NCBI GenBank assembly: GCA_048634245.1
Contig: JAIWAR010000003.1
Span: 2,401-66,400 of the forward strand
Length of the DNA stretch: 64,000 nt
Reading direction: 5' to 3'
From: Methanosarcinales archaeon
GTDB taxonomy: Bacteria; Omnitrophota; Gorgyraeia; Duberdicusellales; 4484-171
Shown: one piece after another, positions 54,201-63,200 of the stretch
Numbering within the stretch: position 1 is the first letter of the stretch
Layout: each line of letters starts with the position of its first letter
Notes under the pieces: generated by a model
What the model was told of the DNA's origin: nothing
What the model saw: only the letters and a program-made list of their open reading frames with translations
Database searches by the model: none
Program-made: the position numbers and the translations under genes

Positions 54201-57200
54201 AAACAATTACTTTTAACAGAGACGGAACATTTCAGTTAGAGAGCAAAGAAACACAAACCAAACATTTGAGCCTAAATGAACAAATAGATTTTGTTAAGGC
54301 AATGAGCACAGGGTATTTAATGCAGCTTTTTGAAGAAAGGATAATTGATATTAAAGGCCGTAGAATAGAAGGGATTGGCTATGTAATCGAGAGGATTAAT
54401 AAGGCGGAAAATGTTTTGGAAGTAAAAGAAATATTTGAAAACTTTGTAAAACCAAAGACAAACGCGCATATTTGGCTTTTTGATGCAGATTTTACACTTA
54501 TTTTTCATAAGGAAGAAATTAATGCCGAAGAAGCATTTAAAAAAGCTTTTCAAATTCTTAAGAGTAAGGGGTATTCGTTTGAGGATGATCGTTATTTTGC
54601 TAGTTTTGGTGACAATTTTGTTAAAATTAGTCTTTATAATAAGGCTGTTGAGGCAAAAAAGTGGATTGAAAATATTCAGGGAGAGGGAATCATTATCGGA
54701 ATAGGCGATTCAACATTAGATGATTTCTTATGGAGAATTACAGCAAAGCTTTATCTATCTTTCTATTTAGGCAAGGCGAAAGATGTAGAAGAGCATCCTT
54801 CCGTTATCGTTGTTCAAGATACAAAAGGTAGAGATAACGTTGGTTTTGGGGCTACGGGTATAATCTTGAAATGTCTTTTAGATGCAATGAGAGATAAATT
54901 ATCTTGTCGAGAATTGTTGTTCACGCAAGAAGATTGGCCAGAGAATTTAGTTATCATTAATAAGTGTTTGGACGGAGGCATGACGCAAAGATTGGAGTTA
55001 AAGAGAACAAAATTCTTAGGAACGGAAGAGACAGATGCAGGGTATGAGTCTTATTTTATGAAAAATGATGGGTCGCAACATCTTAATGGACTTTTTGATT
55101 CCTTGATTATTTTCTTGCTTGGTTCAACTAATATTACCACTAAAGAGCTTAAAAACTTTCCGGAAATGCCTTTGGCGGCAGGAAACAATTTGTCTGGCCT
55201 CAAAAAATCAACATTGGATTCTACAGTTATGCATAAAAATATTGATTTTATAAGTGCTCTTATGAAGTGGCTGGCAATGCGAATCATGTCTCCTCCTGTT
55301 GATTGCCAGACAACAAAACTACCAGTCACAAAGACATGCTCTGATACCCTTGTGGGCACAAGCGGGTACAGGCAAAGTTACCAGCTATCGGCATCCCCAT
55401 ACCTAGTATATTTAATTACTAAAAATCTGAATATTACTTCGGTCAAAATCGACGAACGCAATGCGCTAAAAAATGACGGAGGCAGCGCAAGTATTAATAA
55501 GGATATTCTATTAAAGGCATTTAGAGAGCAGCTACTTATAGATTCAGTGCAAAGCTCAATGCTAGGCGCAGATAAAGAAAACAGAGAGGTTTTTGAATCT
55601 TCCATAGAGGCTTTAAAGCAAAAAGAGTGGAGAGTATGTTTTGTAAATTTAGGAGGAGCTGAAGTAATAAAATTTGAAGTATTTGGAGAGGCGGTTGTAG
55701 ATTTTAGTGATATAGAACTAATTTATAAATCTGGAAACCAAGATTATACAAATTTTGAAAAAGCCAAAAAAATGTTTAATATTGTATATGATTCTCTTAC
55801 TAAAAATATGAATTTAGATGAATACTCTCAACAAGGAATAGATATATTTCTTGGTCAGAATATTGCTAATTTATTTCAACACGTGCGTGGAATTAAGGGA
55901 AGTTATGCTATGTATATGGCAAAAGAGGTTGAGGCTGTGAACGGTCTGAAAGGGGTAAGGATTATAGCAATTGACACAGGCGGCGGATTCAAACATTTAG
56001 AGGGACATAAGAGCTTACATGAGTCAGTTATTGATGAGGCGTTGATTTGGCAGGGTTCCTATTTTTGTAGAAGCGGTGGTGGAATGTATGGTGAAGGCTT
56101 GAATTATTCTTTGGCGATGAGTGAGGTTTTTAGGATAGTGACACAAAATGAGATAGCAGTATATCTACATCCAGAAAGAGGCAGGACCTTTATCGGCTGC
56201 AGCGAGTATTTTCCTCTTGATGATCGGATATTTTATGCCAGGGGAGAAAATTTAAGAGTAAAAGGCACCTTGATAGATGCTGTATTTATAGCGAAAGGAG
56301 ACAATAAGACGTCAACAGACTGGAATTCTATGATAGCAGTGTTGATAGCTGAATCTTATATTTTTTATAATAGAATAGCGGATGTTGAAGCATTGCGGAA
56401 ATTCTCCGGCGTGACTAATAGAGTAGATGGTTCCTTAGATGGGGGGAGAAAGTGTAGAACCGAAGATAAAGTAAATATTGCTTCAGGAACCTGGACCGAG
56501 GAGTGGCATTTAGAATTAAATAAAATGATAGAAGTACTTATCGGAACAGATGAGGATGTAACAGATAAGTATAACCAGGAAGAGTTGATTAAAGAGTTGA
56601 AAAGTGTTCTGACTAATCTAATGTCAGTTATTCCTGAAAAATTAAAAGAAAACATTGAAAAATCTTTAAAAGATAAAGATCCTTCGTTGACAATAGAGAA
56701 ATTAATCGGTTCTTTGGATAAGATTTTAGACAAACCTGAATTTAAGTTCTTCTTTTTAAAACCTCTATACGGAGATGATGTATTCAGATTTATGGGCAAA
56801 AAAGATGGTAAAGACGTTATCTTGACCGCTCAAGCTCATTTTGGACATAATAAAACCAAAGGAGATAAAAGAGAAGAAAATGTATATATTTCCAGTTTGC
56901 ATTTTGACAGTCTTGCAAAATCAGAGAAATTAGGCCTTATCACTCACGGAATGATACATCTTGTATTAGGTAAAGGAGAAGATACCCATAAGTTGGCGGA
57001 ATTGTTTAGATTGGGAGTCGATTATAGTTATGATAAAGAAAATTTAGATTTAGATAAGGTTAAGAATCTTTTGAGAAATTATATGATTGCGAAAGAAGAG
57101 TTAGCTCAAGCCATAATCGATGAAGAAAGAGAAGAGGCGTTTGATAAATATAATAAGTTCAAACAGATTATTGATAATATAAGTAAATGTGATGTTTCAA

Positions 57201-60200
57201 CCGGAACTTTATCTCTAATCATTTTTGAAGAAATTGCTCCTAAAGTCGGTCCTGTTTTAGCGGAAATAATCTCTAATATAGGTTTTGCCGGAAGAGATAT
57301 AAATCAAAGAGGCATACTTATGGACAGGGTATTTTCTAAGTTTGGTATAGAGAGAATACTTTCCAACTTAGTTTTTGATAATATAAAAAGCCTTCCTTTG
57401 GAAGAGATGAGGAGTAATGATTATATAAGAGATATAATTTATATGATTTCTCAAGCTCTGGCTGAAGAAATAAATATTATTTCTAATCCCCAGTGGCCTG
57501 ATTTCATGAGAGAGTTGATCGATAAAGTGCTTAAAGAGGTAACGGATGCGTTGTATGATGATGACCCGGCAAGAAAATATTGGTTCGATAAGTTAACTCA
57601 GGATATTTTACCATATACTATAGAAAACCTTGTTCCTGAAGATTATTTTAAAAAAGGCATGTTCACCGAAAAGAAAGAGTATATTATAGGTATGATATTT
57701 TCTCTTAATAAAACAATAAGGGCACAAGGAAGCCAAATTCATGAGTTAGGAAAAATATTTATAACCTCGGATTGGAATCGCCTGGAGACAAGAGCAACTT
57801 TAATTCATGAGCTTGTTCATCATTTAGCCGAACTTGACCAAATAAAAATAGAAACGGGTTGGGAATTCATTACTTTTGCCATTGACCTTTGTGAGAAGAT
57901 AATTCATTTAAGAGATGGGGATATTAAAGCTGCTGAAGATAAGATCCAGGTTTATTCCCAAGGCCAGGTTCCTTTTTATAAAGAATTATATTTAAAAGGA
58001 AAGGAAATTTCGCAAAAAGGAGATTCCGCGTATATCCTTAAACCTCATCAATCCGAAGAAGCAAGAGGGTACTTTTCTATTGATTTACTTATAATAGAAG
58101 CGATAAGCTTTTATGAAAGCAGAGGTGTTCCGGTAGATTCTTTAAGGAGATATTTACGCAATAAGAATAAAGAATTAAATTCCCCTTTTGAACAAGAACA
58201 GTTTTATCGCGACCAGTATTCATCACAAATGGTAGCGAGCCTTATGCTATCAGGTATATTTATGGACGAATATGAAAAACATAAGATTCATCCGGTTAGG
58301 ACTATGACTGATTACTTCTCTGAGCTGGACCAAATATTCGGCCCGCCGAATGAAACAGATAAGATATGGATAGAAAAAGAACTTATACCGGAGTTGGAAG
58401 CTTTAGCCCAGCAATTATTTGGGAAAAGAGTTACTCTGGAGGGGTCAAAGGTAACGGACAGAATAGGTTTATGGTGGGCTGAGGCAGACCGTTGGAGCGG
58501 AACTATTTATTATTGGCCGTTTACGATATATCCTAAAATGAAGGATGATCTAAACAGGGATTCTCATCGGAAGAATGCCAGAGAGCGGGGAATCGGCAAC
58601 CTTTTATTGGCTTTATACAGGTTTATGTATACTAAAGATGAAGATATAGAGAAAGCGCATATTGAATGTTTCGGGAGAAAAGAATTTAGTATTCTTTGGG
58701 ATACTTTATTAATTTCTAGAGCGGTATTTACCGGATTACCGGCAACTCAAAGAAAGGTTAAAGCAGATAAAACCCTTGGTGAATATGTGGAAACTCCTTC
58801 AATGATAGGAGATGTATTTAAGGAGAAATATAATTTAGGTAATAAAAAAGTGGAAAAAGAATTGTTTAAGTCCTACCCTCTACACCTGCAATTTTTAGAT
58901 TCAATACTTTATAGATGGAGCCAGTATGATTCAGAAACAAAGATTCTTGATGATCCAAGGGCTGAGGCCGGCAGTTTGATGGATAAGGCTGTAAGAGATA
59001 CATTTGAGAGCTGGGTTAAAGTAATGTTCCAAGTTGATAAACATTCAAATTATGAAGATCTTTATAAGATTCTTACAGAAGAAATTTGGCCGGTATATAA
59101 AGAGTTGTTTGATAAAGATGTGGAAATAGAGAAGAACAGGAAATTAGTCCAAAAAATGGAGGATGAAGAAAAAATAAACCCCGGAGATTTTGATTTGAAT
59201 AATTTAGATAAAGAGCAAGAGAAATTTTTAGAAGATTTGTTTAATTCATTACCGGAAGAGATTAAACAACAGATTTTACAGCAGATAGAAGATGAATTAA
59301 ATAGTTCTTCTTTAGATTCTCAAGGCAGCCATGGCGAACAGGGAAGCCAATCCGGGGGAGCTAAGCCTCAATCCGGGCAATTCGGAAGCCAAGGGAAGCC
59401 GGCTAGCGTTGAGGAACTGGCTGAAACTATGGATGATCTAGAAAATACTGTAAAATCAATGGAAAATCTTTTAGGGAAAATATCTGATACTGCTGATGAA
59501 ATAGGTGATGGTGCTTGTAATATAGGTAATCAAGTCCAGTCTACAGGAGAAAATGAAGATGATAAGAATATAGATGAGATTACAGGTAAAACCGATGATT
59601 TGAGCAATAAAGGTAAAGAGTTAGGACAAAAAGGTGAACAATTAGCTGAAGGAACAGAAGGGGTAAAGAATAGTTCTTTTGAGTTAGATGAAAACCTGCC
59701 TATATCGGGTATGGGTTATGATATGCAGGAAAAAGCTTCGGAGTTAAATGCGGATACTAAGGGGATAAAGGAGAGGATTGAAGAATTACAGGAAAAGCTT
59801 AATGAACTCAAAAAATTAAGCCAAAGGTTGAATAAATTTAGGGATGAAGGAGCAGACCATACTCAGATAAATCAAATTGGTGAGGCTATAAAAAATCAGG
59901 CAGAAAGTATAAAAGAAACCACTTCAGACATTAAAGAGGGAAGTTCGGATACGGGTGGTTCTCTTGATGAATTAAATAAAGAAATAAAAAAACTGTCCCA
60001 GCAAGTGAAGGATTTGGAAGATTTTGGTAAGGATGTTACACCTCCGCAATCTTCTTTACCAGGAAAAGATCAGCCGAAAAGTGAAGAAAGTACAGATAAA
60101 GGAGATCAAAATATGGGAGATAATTCGGCTGCCGAATCCGGAACAGGTAATGATCAACGCAGCAGTGACAGTTCTGGTAGTGAAGGTTCATCTCAAACTT

Positions 60201-63200
60201 CTGAAGTTGAACAAAGCCCTGATGAACCCGAATCCGGAAAAAGTTCCGACTCGAAATCTTTAACTCTCCCTTCAGATGGAGATTATACGGGTTTGGAAGA
60301 AATAATTAAAAAAGGTGAGAAAGTTTCAGCTCCCCAAGAAGATAAGTATCAAGATAGAGAATTTGAAACGGTTGTTGATGATGAATGGCTGAAAGCATTA
60401 GAAATGGAAGAGTTATTAGCTGAATGTGAAAGAACAGGACTAAATGAGGAAGAGTTAAAGGAATATAAAGGATGGCTGGATTTATTGGGAGAAGATTTAA
60501 TAGATTCGATGATTGAAATAGCTAAGGGGTTAGTATTACCGGCAGAAGATGTAGAAAAATTTTATGCTCCTTATACCGGAATCTTAAAGAAACCGATTAA
60601 AGGAGTTTTGGGAGGTAAACCTTTTATAAAGAGAAAAGAAACTAAACCCACGCCGGTTAAAATTACTTTGCTTATAGATAGAAGCGGAAGTATGAGCGGC
60701 GATAGAATACTTTATGCTAAGTTAACGATGATGTTATTGCTATTAGTATCGTTTGCTGTAAATGAAGAACTTGAGAAAATGCGGTGGCCGTTAATAGAGT
60801 TTGAAATAGGCTGTTATAATGCTGATTCTGATTTGTTTATAAGTCATGAGACGAGTATCGAACTCGGTGAAGATAGAAAAGAAAGGCTTATTTATGATGC
60901 AATAAAGAAATTAGAAGCTACAGGCTGGACAGATGATAAAAAGTCTTTGGGTGAATTTGTTACCCGTTTGAAAGAAAGCCCGGAAGTCGCGGGAGCGGAA
61001 GAAGAAACAAAGAGAATTTTATTTTCAATAGGTGACGGGAATGTGAACACTCAAGAGAAGGAAGGTATAAGAGGAGTATTGGCCTATAGTTTGGAAAATC
61101 ATATAGAGGTTTTCGGTATAAGTGTGGGTGATAAAGAAGCAATGCAGACTGTTCTTAATGCTTTTGGAGAAGAAAGAGCCGTTCTTCCTGAGAATCCGGA
61201 TTTAAGTGATTTGCCGGAACGTGTATTAAAGAAGTTTGCTGAAATTTTAGCTCCGCCGAATCATGAAATATCCTGGGATCAGATACTTTCTGACGGCGGG
61301 GAGGTGGAAGAAACTGGAGAACTCAGAGAAACCGGGTACCGACACTTTTTCTATCAGGAAATAGGGGGGAAAGACTATTTGGTATGGCAGAAAGAAGACG
61401 AGAGTGGGCATATGCACAAACTAATGTGGCAGAGAGGCCAGGGTGGTCCGAATGTGCCGGATGTAATAACCATAGATGACGATGAAAACGAACAATTGAT
61501 ATTAGATATATTACAGGCATTATATATCGAAGGGGTGGATTACACATCATATTCAAAAGACGGCAGATACTATTTAAGGAAGTTTGGTAAGAACAGAGTG
61601 GTATTGATGGAAAGAGAAGATTCCAAAGATTGGGTAATAAGGAAAGAATTCAGGATACAGAAAGAACCGGCTAAGAGCAAAGAAGAAGACGGGTACAAAA
61701 TATTTAAGAACAAGAATATAGAGTGGCGTATAAATAAAGAGAAGAAATTAGATTTAAGAGTCGGAGAAAACAAATGGGTTCAGGTAATAGGAAATAACGG
61801 AGGATTTAGTGAATATTTAGAAGTAGAATACGATGCTAAAGAAAAAGGGTATATGATATTTGATTCAATAAGCAAAAGAATAGTAATAGCAAGAAGTAAA
61901 GAAAGGGCAGATGAATTGCATATTATATGTGATATAAAAGTAGAGAAACTTAAAAGTTCGGAAGAGTGGGAAGGAAAGATAATTAGGCTGATAGGGTATA
62001 CCGGGTTAGGAAAAGATGAAATATTGAGAGCGGCCGGGCACCTCATGAATGAAGAAGAATTTTTTGTGGCTGGCAATTATGATATGGAACCGGAAGACTT
62101 TTTTGAGTATCAGACTTTAGGAATAGAGGAAGGGTTAACAACAGGACATTTATATACAGTAGTAAATAAGATATTTCATAACGGAGGCTGGGGAGTCATA
62201 GATGAAATATCCAAGATAAAACCTAAAGTATTGAGTGTTTTAAAGACATCGATAGCGGCCAAAACACATCAGAGATGGGTAAAGGATGATAAAGAAAAAG
62301 GAGGAGAGAAATTAGATACAATGGCAAACCATTCAAGAGCGCGGTTAATCGGGACATTGAACCAATTGATTGCCGGAATAACGGGAGCGGGATATTCAGA
62401 CCAGGCAACACAGGACAGATTAAAAGATATACCTTTTGTATGGAGGAAACCGAGTTCAGAAAAGAAGCTGCAATTTGAGTTAGCCATGAGGAAACTGAAA
62501 GAAATCAGGCCGGAATTAGAAGACGAAGAATTAGATTCCGAAAAAGAAAGGATTAGAGCAATAGTAGATGTATTGGTAGATGTAGCTTGGCCGATGAGAT
62601 TAGCGTTTGCCGGATATGATGCGGAGCAGGTAGCAAAGTTCACAGAAGATGACTTTAAGAATTGGGATAAATTATTAAAAGACGCGACATTCGCGCCTAA
62701 GACAAAAGCCGGAAAGAATTTAAAGAGAGCGCCGAGTCCCAGGGTGATAGGGAATATTGTACAGCAGGCGATAATGTTCCCTAAGCTTTGGGAAAACGAA
62801 CCCTGGACAATAGTAGAAATGTGGTTCAACCTTTACGCGGATGACCTAAAACCCCAGGAAAAGAAAAGACAATCACAGGCAATAAAAACTCAGTTTGAGA
62901 ACCCGGCTCAAAGAGGAGGAGATAACGGTATAAAGAATAAGGATGATCTCCCAGCAATAGAGTTAACCTTAGAATCATTTAAAGTAGAAGGAGAGTATCT
63001 GATAGTTACCCCTAAGAAAGTAGAAGCCAACGGAGAATATGTAGAGTATTGGGACCAGATAAAAGTATGGATACACCCGGATTCCAGGGAATACATAGAA
63101 CAATACGGATTACCGGAAGAAGTACACTACTGGTTAGGAACTCAGAGCATATATAACAGCAGGCAGATGTATTTAGCCTTACAAGTTAGAGCCTTAGGAA

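Noticed and set aside
46013-54985. DGG codons as Shine-Dalgarno sites for internal starts (gatGGAGGcATG at 46013, gatGGAGGtagtATG at 48965, gacGGAGGcATG at 54971)
   Set aside because: Spacing to ATG is only 1-4 nt, most junctions are GGCGG/GGTGG/GGGGG with no well-placed start codon, and no stops end the upstream units. Not fully excluded without ribosome profiling.
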